DNA of 64,000 nucleotides from Chloroflexota bacterium (GCA_018606645.1 JAGVRI010000016.1:16790-80789), one strand, 5' to 3'; positions 38,442 to 47,757 are shown, counted from the stretch's first letter. A program made the numbers and translations. The notes: generated from the sequence alone by a model not told the origin.

Positions 38442-38499
38442 GCGAGGTTCTTGCAGTGAAAGCCCCCGCTAAGGATGGCTGTCACCAGGTGCTGCGTAC

Positions 38500-38527
38500 T
38501 TGACACGAGGGCGGACCTGGATATAAT
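38500..38527 (+). promoter_or_regulatory. Promoter of the padR / ABC importer operon
   Basis: TTGACA (38500..38505), 16 nt, TATAAT (38522..38527). Confidence 0.55.
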
Positions 38528-38546
38528 AGTGGCCGTATTCAGATCG

Positions 38547-38571
38547 TGAATATTCAAAATATGAATATTCA
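38547..38571. promoter_or_regulatory. Candidate operator: twin palindromes TGAATATTCA-N5-TGAATATTCA
   Basis: Two identical 10-bp perfect palindromes 20-45 nt downstream of the -10 and upstream of the likely padR start. Confidence 0.45.
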
Positions 38572-38617
38572 ACGGGATCGTGACTTGCAGAGCGTGGAAA
38601 AGCCGAGATCAGCCGCG

Positions 38618-39145
38618 ATGCGCCAGGATAGCGCGGCTCTGCCTCCACCGGTGTTGTTGGGCCTGCTCATGGCCCGGCCACGGCACGGTTACGAACTGTG
38701 CAAGGAGTTCAATCGGACCTTAGGCCAGGTGTGGCGGCTGGGCCTGAGTCAGCTTTATGCCCAATTGAAGCAACTGGAGGACGCCGGGCTTGTCGCCGCC
38801 CAGGAAGAGCCTCAACCGAGCCGTCCGCCGCGCAAGGTGTACCACCTGACGCCAGAAGGTCGTGAGGTGTTCCTGGAGTGGCTGCAACAGCCAACACCCT
38901 ATTTGCGCCAGATGCGGGTGGACCTGATGGCCAGGTTGTACTTTTTTCGAGAGCTGGGTCTTCCTGGGCTCCCGGAACTGATCGCCCGACAGAAGGAGGT
39001 CTGCCGCGCCCAGATCGAGAGGTTTGAGCGGCTGGCGGCCGAGGCCGATGACGATTTTCGCCGTCTGGTACTGGAATTTCGGCGAGGACAGGTGGAAGCA
39101 GCCCTCCGCTGGCTGGATCGATGTCTGGAGCCGGTCGGCGGATGA
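38618..39145 (+). CDS. PadR family transcriptional regulator
   Basis: LLGLLMARPRHGYELCKEF...LSQLYAQLKQLEDAGLV...KVYHLTPEGREVF winged-helix PadR signature. Confidence 0.85.
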   Translation: MRQDSAALPPPVLLGLLMARPRHGYELCKEFNRTLGQVWRLGLSQLYAQLKQLEDAGLVAAQEEPQPSRPPRKVYHLTPEGREVFLEWLQQPTPYLRQMRVDLMARLYFFRELGLPGLPELIARQKEVCRAQIERFERLAAEADDDFRRLVLEFRRGQVEAALRWLDRCLEPVGG

Positions 39146-39221
39146 GGTTGGTCTCTCAACCTTCTCATCCCTCGTGGCGCCCCACCGGGCATGGGAACTA
39201 TCAAAAGATAGGGAGGACAAA

Positions 39222-40385
39222 ATGCAACGTTCATGGTGGTCTCTCGGTATCATTACTCTTCTGCTGGTTGGATTGACGCTGACCTCGTGCGGGGGCACCG
39301 CCACCCCATCGCCGGTGGAATCTCCTCCGGCCCCGCTCACCCCGACCGCCGGACCATCACCCTCGCCGCAGTCGGAGGCAACCCCGGCGGGAATTACGGT
39401 GGTAGATGCCCTGGGACGGAACGTAGTGTTCGCGACGCTCCCTCAACGCATCGTCATTGCCGGCAAGAACACCCTGCCTATGGTGGATACGGTCTATCTC
39501 TTCCCGGAGGCGAAGGAGCGGGTGGTGGGTCTGACCGTCGGCAAGCAACCGGTGGGGGACTTTATCGGCCTGATCGATCCGGATTTTGGGCAAAAGACAA
39601 TTCTGGACCCGGAGGCCGGTCCGGAGCAGATCGCCCCCTTGAAACCGGACGCAGTGATCCTCAGGAGCTTCCTGGCAGATAAGCTTGGCCGGTCGCTGGA
39701 AGAGATCGGCATCCCGGTGGTCTATGTGGATCTGGAGACGCCGGAACAGTATTTCCGCGACCTGTCCACGCTGGGGCAACTCTTTGGGGATGAGGCCCGG
39801 GCGGAGCAGATCCGTTCGTTCTATCAATCGCGGTTGGAGCTGATCGCGGCCGGGCTCCAGGGGTTGAAGGAGGAAGAAAAGCCCCAGGTGTTGCTCGCCC
39901 AGTATACCGATCAAGGGGGGACCGTGGCGCTGCAGGTGCCCTCCGCCTCCTGGATCCAGACCACTGAGGTGGAATTGGCCGGAGGTCATCCGGTGTGGAA
40001 GGAAGCGGCGCAAAGCGGCGGTTGGACGGTGGTCAATTTCGAGCAGATCGCGGCCTGGAATCCAGATCAGATCGTGGTGATCGCCTACAAAGGCAATTCG
40101 GCGCAGGTGGTCGCCACGCTCAAACAGGAACCAGCCTGGCAGGCGCTGAAAGCGGTGAAAAACGGCAAGGTCTTTGGTTTTCCAGCGGATATCTTTAGCT
40201 GGGATCAACCCGACCCGCGCTGGATCCTGGGAACGCTTTGGCTGGCGGGCACGATCCACCCCGACCGCTTCCCGGACCTGGAGATAAAGCAACAGGTAGC
40301 CGACTTTTTTGGTCAGATGTATGGCATGGACCAGGCCGCGATCCAAAACCAGATCGTGCCGACGCTGAAAGGCAACATCGAATGA
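39222..40385 (+). CDS. ABC substrate-binding lipoprotein, iron-siderophore/cobalamin type (Peripla_BP_2)
   Basis: Lipobox LTLTSCGG, FecB/BtuF-like sequence; GGGAGGA RBS. Confidence 0.8.
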   Translation: MQRSWWSLGIITLLLVGLTLTSCGGTATPSPVESPPAPLTPTAGPSPSPQSEATPAGITVVDALGRNVVFATLPQRIVIAGKNTLPMVDTVYLFPEAKERVVGLTVGKQPVGDFIGLIDPDFGQKTILDPEAGPEQIAPLKPDAVILRSFLADKLGRSLEEIGIPVVYVDLETPEQYFRDLSTLGQLFGDEARAEQIRSFYQSRLELIAAGLQGLKEEEKPQVLLAQYTDQGGTVALQVPSASWIQTTEVELAGGHPVWKEAAQSGGWTVVNFEQIAAWNPDQIVVIAYKGNSAQVVATLKQEPAWQALKAVKNGKVFGFPADIFSWDQPDPRWILGTLWLAGTIHPDRFPDLEIKQQVADFFGQMYGMDQAAIQNQIVPTLKGNIE

Positions 40386-41434
40386 CCGTGCCGCAGGGCT
40401 ATTCGGCGGCGACCCGGTTGGCGCTGCGCCGCGAGTCGGTTTCCGGGCTCCTTCGCCGGCATCTCCTCCTGATCCTGGGCCTGGCCTGTCTGGTCGCTGT
40501 GGGCGTGTCGCTGTTGGTCGGGCGATACCCGGCTTCGCTTTGGACATCGCCAGGGGTTCTGCGGGAGGATGAACTGGCGCGGCAGCTCGTCTTGAATTTG
40601 CGCCTGCCTCGTGTGCTGACCGCCTGCCTGCTGGGAATGACCCTGGCGGCCTGTGGCGCGGTCCTGCAGATGATCTTTCGCAACCCGCTGGTCGAGCCGG
40701 GCTTTCTGGGAGTTTCGCAGGGGGCCGCCTTTGGAGCTGGCCTGAGCATTCTCTACCTGGGGAGCGCTCCGCTGCTGATCGAGGGCACGGCCACCATCTT
40801 TGCCTGCCTGGGGCTGACGGTGTCGTATCTCGTGGCCCGTCGTGTCCGCTACGGCGGCTGGATCCTGCGCCTGGTGCTGTCGGGCATTGCCGTTTCGGCC
40901 CTCTTTTCTTCGGGGGTGGGGGTGCTCAAATACCTGGCCGATCCGCTGACCCAACTGCCCGACCTGGTGCTGTGGATGCTGGGCGGGTTGTGGGGAGTCA
41001 CCTGGGCCGATTTTCTGTACATCCTGCCCTTGGTGATCCCGGGGTTGGTGGTGGTCATCCTGATGCGCTGGCGGCTGAACCTGCTGTCTTTGGACGATGA
41101 GACATCGTTTTCCTTGGGCGCCGCTCCCGGGCGGGAGCGGACCCTGGTGCTGGTGGCAGCGGTGGCGGCGACGGCGTCGGTGGTGTCGGTGGCCGGCGTG
41201 GTGGGCTGGATCGGCCTGATCATCCCCCATGTGGCCCGCCGTCTGACCGGAGCAGATGCACAGAGGGCCGTGCCGGCGTCGCTCCTGTTGGGTGGTCTGT
41301 TCGCCCTGATGTGTGATGCCCTGTCGCGCATTCTGTTGGCCGGAGAAGTGCCGTTGGGCATCCTGACTTCCTTCTTTGGAGCGCTGTTGTTCATCTTCAT
41401 GATGCTGAGTCGAAGCATCCGGGTGCAGCGATGA
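40382..41434 (+). CDS. FecCD/BtuC-family ABC permease
   Basis: Polytopic; the RLPRVL..LLGM.LA..GA..Q motif is typical of FecCD; ATGA overlap with the SBP gene. Confidence 0.85.
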   Translation: MTVPQGYSAATRLALRRESVSGLLRRHLLLILGLACLVAVGVSLLVGRYPASLWTSPGVLREDELARQLVLNLRLPRVLTACLLGMTLAACGAVLQMIFRNPLVEPGFLGVSQGAAFGAGLSILYLGSAPLLIEGTATIFACLGLTVSYLVARRVRYGGWILRLVLSGIAVSALFSSGVGVLKYLADPLTQLPDLVLWMLGGLWGVTWADFLYILPLVIPGLVVVILMRWRLNLLSLDDETSFSLGAAPGRERTLVLVAAVAATASVVSVAGVVGWIGLIIPHVARRLTGADAQRAVPASLLLGGLFALMCDALSRILLAGEVPLGILTSFFGALLFIFMMLSRSIRVQR

Positions 41435-42252
41435 ATCCAGATGAGAAGGCGTGGACCGGTCCGAGTTCGGCACAGTCCGGGATCATATCCCTGTCCCGTG
41501 TGTCGTTCAGTTACAACGGGAAGGAGCAGGACGTGTTGCGCGATCTGACCCTCGACATCCCGGCCGAGACCATTACCGCGATCCTCGGTCCCAATGGTTC
41601 GGGCAAGACGACCCTCCTGCGGCTGATGTTAGGAGTCGTGCGCCCCCGTCAGGGCAGGATCCAGATCGCGGGCCGATGGCAAAGCAGTTATTCACGACGG
41701 GAGATGAGCCAACTGATGGCCCTGGTCCCGCAGAACGAACATATCCCGTTCGATTTCTCGGTGCTGGAGTATGTGCTGATGGGTCGGGCGCCGTACCTGA
41801 GTCCGCTCGGTATGCCGGGCGACGGGGATCGGCAGATAGCCATCGAAAGCTTGCAGGCGATCGGCCTGGATCACCTGCGGGAGCGACCGCTGCCCAACCT
41901 GAGCGGTGGGGAGCGACAGTTGGTCGCCGTAGCCCGGGCGCTGGTCCAAAGGCCCCGCATCCTGCTTCTGGACGAACCGACCGCCCATCTGGACCTGGGC
42001 AACAAGAGTCGGTTGCTCGAGATCCTGCGCTCTCTGGCTGTCCAGGGGATCAGCGTTATATTGACCACCCACGATCCCAGCCTGGCGGCAACGATCGCCA
42101 GTTTTGCGGTATTGATGCGCCACGGTCAGATCCTGGATGCCGGGCCGGTGGACCGGCTGTTCACCGCAGAGAAGCTGTCGGCCACCTACGGGGTATCGGT
42201 TCAGGTCTTTCAGATTGACGGGAGGCGGATCGTGCTACTGCCGGAGGGCTAG
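41431..42252 (+). CDS. ABC transporter ATP-binding protein (FecE/BtuD-like)
   Basis: Walker A GPNGSGKTTLL, signature LSGGERQ, Walker B ILLLDEP. Confidence 0.9.
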   Translation: MNPDEKAWTGPSSAQSGIISLSRVSFSYNGKEQDVLRDLTLDIPAETITAILGPNGSGKTTLLRLMLGVVRPRQGRIQIAGRWQSSYSRREMSQLMALVPQNEHIPFDFSVLEYVLMGRAPYLSPLGMPGDGDRQIAIESLQAIGLDHLRERPLPNLSGGERQLVAVARALVQRPRILLLDEPTAHLDLGNKSRLLEILRSLAVQGISVILTTHDPSLAATIASFAVLMRHGQILDAGPVDRLFTAEKLSATYGVSVQVFQIDGRRIVLLPEG

Positions 42253-42387
42253 ACCCCTTACGGCTATTGCCAAGCAGGTTGACAGGCCGCTGCGGCTTTG
42301 CGGAACGGCCGAGGAGTGGAAACGCTAGCTGGGTTCTGCGTGATTCCGTTCCGGCTGAAGCCTCCACTCCCATTGGGTGCTGGACTT
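42251..42387 (-). repeat. Dispersed ~135-nt element, copy B (reverse orientation)
   Basis: The reverse complement aligns almost base for base with copy A; its end abuts the ABC ATPase stop codon. Confidence 0.7.
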
Positions 42388-42520
42388 GGTCTTGTTAGAC
42401 CCCGACTCTGGGCTTCACAGAAAACGGAGGATGTGATACACTAGGAAAGTCCGGTGGGGCACCACGATGAATGAAAATGTCGAGGGGCCGGCACGGGCAG
42501 ACCTCTCCTCATCCCCCCGG

Positions 42521-42556
42521 CCCCTTCCCCTCTCCGCCAGCGGAGAGGGGAAGGGG
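42521..42556. repeat. GC-rich perfect palindrome CCCCTTCCCCTCTCCG-CCAG-CGGAGAGGGGAAGGGG
   Basis: 16-bp arms, 4-nt loop, in the intergenic region upstream of 42593. Confidence 0.6.
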
Positions 42557-42592
42557 GTAGGGGTGAGGTAAAATATTTTCGGAGTTGAGATT

Positions 42593-43603
42593 ATGCGACT
42601 GGAACGACGAGCGATTTCGGAGGCGTTGGGGACGATACTGATGCACAACGTGGCCGATGAGGAGGGGAGTCGCGCCTTGAAAAAGGGTACCCGCCTGACC
42701 GATGAACACCTGCGCCAACTGGCCGAACTGGGTCGAACCACGGTGGATGTGGCGGTGTTGGAGGCGGACGACGTCCATGAGGACGAGGCGGCCACGGCCC
42801 TGGCCGAGGCGCTGTGCACCGACCCGATCACCCATTCCAGGTCGAGTGGGGGTCGGGTGAACCTGCGGAGCCAGGTGGATGGGTTACTCGAAGTGGATGC
42901 GGAGCGGTTGTTGGAACTGAATATGATCCCCGGCATCACGTTGGCGACCCGCCGTCCCCACACGGTGGTCGGCCCCAATCAAGAGACCGACAATGTTGGC
43001 ACGCTCAAGATCATCCCCTTTGCCGTGAGCCGGCGGGAGCTGGAACGAGCGCTGGAGCTGGCGCGACCACGGCCTGGGATCGTAGAGGTCCGTCCCTTCC
43101 AGCCGGGCCGTCGGGCGGCGATGCTCTTTGTCGCCGAGCCGGCGGTCCACGCCAAACTCCGCGACGAGTATCTGCCCGCTACCCAAAGCCGACTGGAACG
43201 CCTGGGGGCCCGATTGGTGGCGACCGAGGACGTGCCTCAAGAGGAAGAGGCCATCGCCCAGGCGGCATCTCGCCTGGCAGAGAACGCCGATCTCCTGGTG
43301 ATCGCCAGCCAGACCTCGGTCATGGACGAGGATGATACGGCGCTCCGAGGATTGCGTCTGGCCGGGGCCGAGGGCATCCTCTCCGGGGCGCCGGTCGAGC
43401 CGGGCAACCTGTTGGCGCTGGCCTATCTTCCAGGTACACCGGTGATCTGCCTGCCGGGCTGCGCCAAGGGGCTGAAGCGCAATGTGGTGGACCTGGTGTT
43501 GCCCCGACTGCTGCTCGGCGACCGTCTGACAAGGCGCGACATTGCCGCATTGGGGCTGGGCGGGTTCCTCACCGCCGCGGAGCGGGCCGGACAGAGTGGG
43601 TAG
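42593..43603 (+). CDS. Molybdopterin-binding (MoCF_BD/MoeA-like) domain protein
   Basis: 336 aa; the C-terminal half resembles the MoCF-biosynthesis binding fold (LLVIASQTSVMDEDD...GAPVEPGNLL...PGCAKG); adjacent to xdhC. Confidence 0.55.
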   Translation: MRLERRAISEALGTILMHNVADEEGSRALKKGTRLTDEHLRQLAELGRTTVDVAVLEADDVHEDEAATALAEALCTDPITHSRSSGGRVNLRSQVDGLLEVDAERLLELNMIPGITLATRRPHTVVGPNQETDNVGTLKIIPFAVSRRELERALELARPRPGIVEVRPFQPGRRAAMLFVAEPAVHAKLRDEYLPATQSRLERLGARLVATEDVPQEEEAIAQAASRLAENADLLVIASQTSVMDEDDTALRGLRLAGAEGILSGAPVEPGNLLALAYLPGTPVICLPGCAKGLKRNVVDLVLPRLLLGDRLTRRDIAALGLGGFLTAAERAGQSG

Positions 43604-43632
43604 AATCAGAGATTCGGTTCAGGTGTGGGGAG

Positions 43633-44691
43633 ATGATCGAGCTTTTGCCGCAGATTGAGGAATGGTGGGCGAAAGGGGAAGAGGTGGCCGTCGCCACGGT
43701 GATCCGTGTGTTCGGGTCGGCTCCGCGACCGGTGGGGGCGCGGATGATCGTTTCCTCGGGCGGACGGATGGCCGGCTCGGTGAGCGGCGGATGCGTGGAA
43801 ACCACCGTCTTTGAAGAAATGATCGATGTCCTGGAAGGGGGACCACCGCGCACCCTCCGATTCGGCATCACCGAAGACATGATCTGGGATGTCGGCCTGG
43901 CCTGCGGCGGGACGATCGATGTCTTGGTGCAGCGACTGGACCGGGAACTGGTGTCGAGCCTGAAACGCCAGGTCGCGCTGGGGAACCCGACGGCGCTGGC
44001 GACTGTGGTGAGTGGTCAAGAGATCGGCAAATCGGCCGTGATCGCAGCCGACGGGGTGGTATCGGGGCAGAGTGAAGAGAGGATTGTATCCCTGGCACGG
44101 CAACTGCTTGCCGATCACACCGATGCTGCTGCTGTGCACGAGATAGCGCCGGGGATGGAGGTCTACATCGAACCGTTCCTTCCCCCTCCGGTGCTGGTCA
44201 TCGTCGGCGGGGTCCACGTGGCCATTCCCCTCACCCGCTTTGCCAAAGAGCTGGGCTTTCGGACCATCGTGGTGGACCCTCGCGCCAAGTTTGCCAATCG
44301 TGAGCGCTTTCCGGAAGCCGATGAGATCCTGGTCGAGTGGCCCGATGAAGCCCTGGCTCACCTAAAGATCGATGAATCCACCTACCTGGTGCTGCTGACG
44401 CACGATCCCAAGATTGACGAGCCGACTCTGGCGGCAGCGCTCAAGACCCCCGCCCGGTATATCGGGGCCATCGGCAGCCGCAAGACCCATGCGGAGCGGT
44501 TTGAACGGATGGCCAAATGGGGGGTCACGGCGGAGCAGTTGCGCCGGGTGCACGCACCCATTGGTCTGGACCTGGGCGGACGCACCCCGGAGGAAACCGC
44601 GCTGAGCATCATTGCCGAGGTGGTGGCGGTCAAGAACGGGCGGAAAGGCGCCTCACTCCGCGACGTGGACGGACCGATCGGAGCAAAGTAA
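43633..44691 (+). CDS. xdhC: XdhC/CoxI family molybdoenzyme maturation factor
   Basis: N-terminal XdhC_CoxI (VAVATVIRVFGSAPRPVGARM...GSVSGGCVE) and a C-terminal Rossmann-like domain (VLVIVGGVHVA). Confidence 0.85.
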   Translation: MIELLPQIEEWWAKGEEVAVATVIRVFGSAPRPVGARMIVSSGGRMAGSVSGGCVETTVFEEMIDVLEGGPPRTLRFGITEDMIWDVGLACGGTIDVLVQRLDRELVSSLKRQVALGNPTALATVVSGQEIGKSAVIAADGVVSGQSEERIVSLARQLLADHTDAAAVHEIAPGMEVYIEPFLPPPVLVIVGGVHVAIPLTRFAKELGFRTIVVDPRAKFANRERFPEADEILVEWPDEALAHLKIDESTYLVLLTHDPKIDEPTLAAALKTPARYIGAIGSRKTHAERFERMAKWGVTAEQLRRVHAPIGLDLGGRTPEETALSIIAEVVAVKNGRKGASLRDVDGPIGAK

Positions 44692-44704
44692 CCCGGCCCT
44701 GTCT

Positions 44705-45937
44705 TCAGCGGGTGATCTCCCGGGCCGACATCAGCTCATGCATTTTGGATGCGGCGGCGTCGGCGAACGCCTCGTCGTTGATATGGGCGTCGATCTTGAC
44801 CAGCTCGATCTTGGGGTCCAGGTGGGTCTCCAGCGCCTCGATGAGGGCGGCGTCGGCTTCAGGATCGTAAAAGGCGTGGCCGGGCCGATCGGAGTAGCTA
44901 AAGCCACGGAGCGGGATCAGCACGGCAACCGGTCCCCGCGCCTCGTTCAGCCGGCAGGCCATGAGATGACCTACTTGCGCCATCTCCTCTTTGGCGGTGC
45001 GGACCAGGGTGATGTTCGGGTTGTGGATAATGAGAGGCCGGCATCGCTGCTCTGCGGTGAGCGATGACAGGGGCCCCAGGACGATATAATCCGTACCGCC
45101 GGGGGCGACCACCTGGGGGATTCCCTGTCGTCCCGCTGCCGTCAGGCGATCGGGACCGGCGTCAAAAAGACCGTGGCAGACATACCCGGTCAATTCCTGC
45201 GTGCTGAGGTCCAGCACCCCGTGGATCACGCCGTCGTCAACCAGCCGTTCCATGCTGCGTCCGCCGGTGCCATTGGGGTGAAAGGCCACCAGCTCATAGC
45301 CCCACTCCTCCAGCCGCTTTTTGGCGTGGAGCACGCAGGGCGTGGTCAGCCCCAGCATGGTGGCACCCAATACGGTGCGGCCGCTCTCCTCGACTGCCTC
45401 GCTGGCCTCGACCATGGCCACCACCGCCGCCGCTGCGTTGGCAAATATCTTGCGGGTGATAGTATTGAGGCCCAGGATGTCGGCGACGGAATGCATCAGA
45501 GTCACATCGGAGGTGCCGACGTATGGCTCAAAGAGATTCCGCCCACTGGCAATGGTGGACACCATCACTTTGGGCACGCCGATGGGCAAGGCCTGCATCG
45601 CCGCCGTACCGATGGCTGTCCCCTGACCTCCTCCGACGGCCAGGACCCCTCCCAGTTTGCCGGCTGCATACAGGTCCACGACAATAGCACGCGTACCGTC
45701 GATCATGGTCTGGATGGCCCGTCCCTTATCTCCGGCGGCAATGAGGTCAGCCAGTTCTGCCCCGCCGGCGCGGGCCACTTGCTGGCGGGGGAAATCGGCC
45801 TCGATGGCTGGTTCGCCCAACACGCCTGGGTCGATGACCCAGGTGGGGCACCCACGGGACCGGATCAGATCGCGCAGATAGGCGACTTCGTACCCTTTGG
45901 TGTCGAGAGTGCCGATGATGGCAATCGGTTTGACCAT
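44705..45937 (-). CDS. UPF0261 / Tm-1-like ATP-binding protein
   Basis: MVKPIAIIGTLDTKGYEVAYLRDLI N-terminus typical of UPF0261. Confidence 0.7.
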   Translation of the reverse strand: MVKPIAIIGTLDTKGYEVAYLRDLIRSRGCPTWVIDPGVLGEPAIEADFPRQQVARAGGAELADLIAAGDKGRAIQTMIDGTRAIVVDLYAAGKLGGVLAVGGGQGTAIGTAAMQALPIGVPKVMVSTIASGRNLFEPYVGTSDVTLMHSVADILGLNTITRKIFANAAAAVVAMVEASEAVEESGRTVLGATMLGLTTPCVLHAKKRLEEWGYELVAFHPNGTGGRSMERLVDDGVIHGVLDLSTQELTGYVCHGLFDAGPDRLTAAGRQGIPQVVAPGGTDYIVLGPLSSLTAEQRCRPLIIHNPNITLVRTAKEEMAQVGHLMACRLNEARGPVAVLIPLRGFSYSDRPGHAFYDPEADAALIEALETHLDPKIELVKIDAHINDEAFADAAASKMHELMSAREITR

Positions 45938-45970
45938 AGATCACCCCTTCACATACAGACGGTCACCACT

Positions 45971-46792
45971 TTACGCCAGTCGCCGGCCCTGCAACTCGAC
46001 AATCTCGGCGGCGCACTCTTCGATCGATTTGTTGGTCACATCAAGGGTGACCCACCGCTCCCGGCGTAAAATCAGTTCCGCCCAATCCAGTTCTTTTTGA
46101 ATATAGTCCGGGGTGGCATACTGGAGCGACAGGCCGCGCGCCATGCGGTTCGCCCGCGCCTGACGCAGCTTGAGCAACCGTTCGGGTTGGATGGTCAGGG
46201 CGATGATCCGGCGACGGTCCACCTGGAACAAGGCGGGAGGAGGCTCCAGGTCGGCGACAATCGGCACATTGGCTACTCGCCAGCCCCGGTAGGCGAGAAA
46301 GACACTGATCGGCGTCTTGGAGGTGCGGGAGACGCCGACCAGCACCAGGTCGGCCTGGGGCAGGTCATCGGGATTGCGTCCGTCATCGTGACGGACGGCA
46401 AAGTCGATGGCCCCGATGCGCTCAAAGTAGCTCTCGTCCAGTTGGCGGAGCAAGCCCGGTTTGGCCAGGGGCGAGAGTTCCAGCGTCTCCGACAGGCGCG
46501 CCAGCAGCGGTCCCATGAGGTCGATGGTTACCACATGGCGACGGCGGCCCTCGGTCAGCATTGTTTGCCGGAGTTGGGGAATGACCAGCGTATGGACGAT
46601 GGTGCCTCCATTGTGCGCTGCCCTGTCGATCAACTCTCGGATCTGCTCTACCGTCTGAACGCCTGGGATCTGCTCGACCGTCACCTGGGCGCCGGAGAAC
46701 TGGGCCAGGGCGGCTTCGACGACCCGTCGAGCGGTAGCCCCGGTTGCGTCCGATACGACATAGACCACATGGCGGCGAGCGGTTGGATCCAT
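45971..46792 (-). CDS. Pyruvate phosphate dikinase / PEP synthase regulatory protein (kinase/pyrophosphorylase, DUF299)
   Basis: P-loop LVGVSRTSKTP plus family-typical length and sequence. Confidence 0.8.
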   Translation of the reverse strand: MDPTARRHVVYVVSDATGATARRVVEAALAQFSGAQVTVEQIPGVQTVEQIRELIDRAAHNGGTIVHTLVIPQLRQTMLTEGRRRHVVTIDLMGPLLARLSETLELSPLAKPGLLRQLDESYFERIGAIDFAVRHDDGRNPDDLPQADLVLVGVSRTSKTPISVFLAYRGWRVANVPIVADLEPPPALFQVDRRRIIALTIQPERLLKLRQARANRMARGLSLQYATPDYIQKELDWAELILRRERWVTLDVTNKSIEECAAEIVELQGRRLA

Positions 46793-46794
46793 GC

Positions 46795-47757
46795 CTACAC
46801 CTCTCCCCGCTCCCAGGCCAGGATCGCGGCTCCGATCAGTCCCACATCATCGCCCAGAGCCGCCGGCACGACCGGGCAATCTTTCCAATAGATTTCATGG
46901 ATCCGCGCCCGAAGCGTGGCGTGCATGGGCACAAACAGCAGGTCGCCCGCCTTGGCCACCCCTCCGCCGATGACAAAGAGAGCCGGATTGAACAGATACA
47001 TCAGATTCACCAGACCGATGCCCAGGTAGACGCCGGCTTTGCGGAACAGGTCAACCGCCACTACATCCCCGTCTGACGCTGCCTGGTGCACCAACCTGGC
47101 ATCGATCCGATCCAGGTCGCCGGCGGCCAGGTCGGCGATGCGAGTTCGAGCGCCGGCTGCGACCAGTTCCCGGGCCTGTCGGGCGATGGCAGTCCCAGAG
47201 GCCAGGGCTTCCAGGCAGCCGATATTGCCGCAATTGCAGCGGGGTCCGTTGGCTTCAAGGGTCATGTGGCCGACCTCGCCGGCCAGGCCACCGCGCCCGA
47301 GAACGAGGCGCCCGTGGCTGATCACGCCGCCGCCGATGCCGGTGCTGATGGTCAGGTACACCAGGTCCGACTGGCCTCTTCCGGCCCCGCGCCGCTGCTC
47401 GGCCAGGGCGGCCAGGTTGGCGTCATTGCCCAAAAAAACCGGGCGGCCCACTGCCGCCTGCAACCGCTCGACCAACGGGACCTGATGCCAGCCGGGCAGG
47501 TTGGGGCTCCAGTGAATGACTCCTCGCCAGGGATCCAGCGGTCCGGGTGACGAGACCCCGATAGCCTGGATCCGGTCCCAACCCACGCTATCCCCCAGGC
47601 GGCGCACACTGGCGATGAGGCGCATCAATACCGATTCGGGCCCTTCCTCGGCCAGGGTCGGCTCGACATGGCGAGCCTGGATCTCGCCCTGGTTGTTGCA
47701 CAAAGCCACGCGCAGCAGAGTACCTCCCAGATCGACGGCGATGACCCATTCTTCCAT
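46795..47757 (-). CDS. glk: ROK family glucokinase
   Basis: VIAVDLGGTLLRVA ATP motif and the ROK zinc motif CNCGNIGCLEALASG. Confidence 0.8.
   Translation of the reverse strand: MEEWVIAVDLGGTLLRVALCNNQGEIQARHVEPTLAEEGPESVLMRLIASVRRLGDSVGWDRIQAIGVSSPGPLDPWRGVIHWSPNLPGWHQVPLVERLQAAVGRPVFLGNDANLAALAEQRRGAGRGQSDLVYLTISTGIGGGVISHGRLVLGRGGLAGEVGHMTLEANGPRCNCGNIGCLEALASGTAIARQARELVAAGARTRIADLAAGDLDRIDARLVHQAASDGDVVAVDLFRKAGVYLGIGLVNLMYLFNPALFVIGGGVAKAGDLLFVPMHATLRARIHEIYWKDCPVVPAALGDDVGLIGAAILAWERGEV

Noticed and set aside
39357-41473. 396-aa and 386-aa minus-strand ORFs (39357..40547 and 40313..41473)
   Set aside because: They are antisense to the SBP and FecCD permease genes. Their composition is Arg/Pro/Gly/His-rich, and the plus-strand genes have lipobox, TM and RBS evidence.
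42404-42592. Possible Moco or cobalamin riboswitch upstream of the MoCF-binding gene and next to a BtuF-type importer
   Set aside because: I could not find a B12 box or the conserved Moco-motif segments by eye. This needs cmscan before any claim is made.
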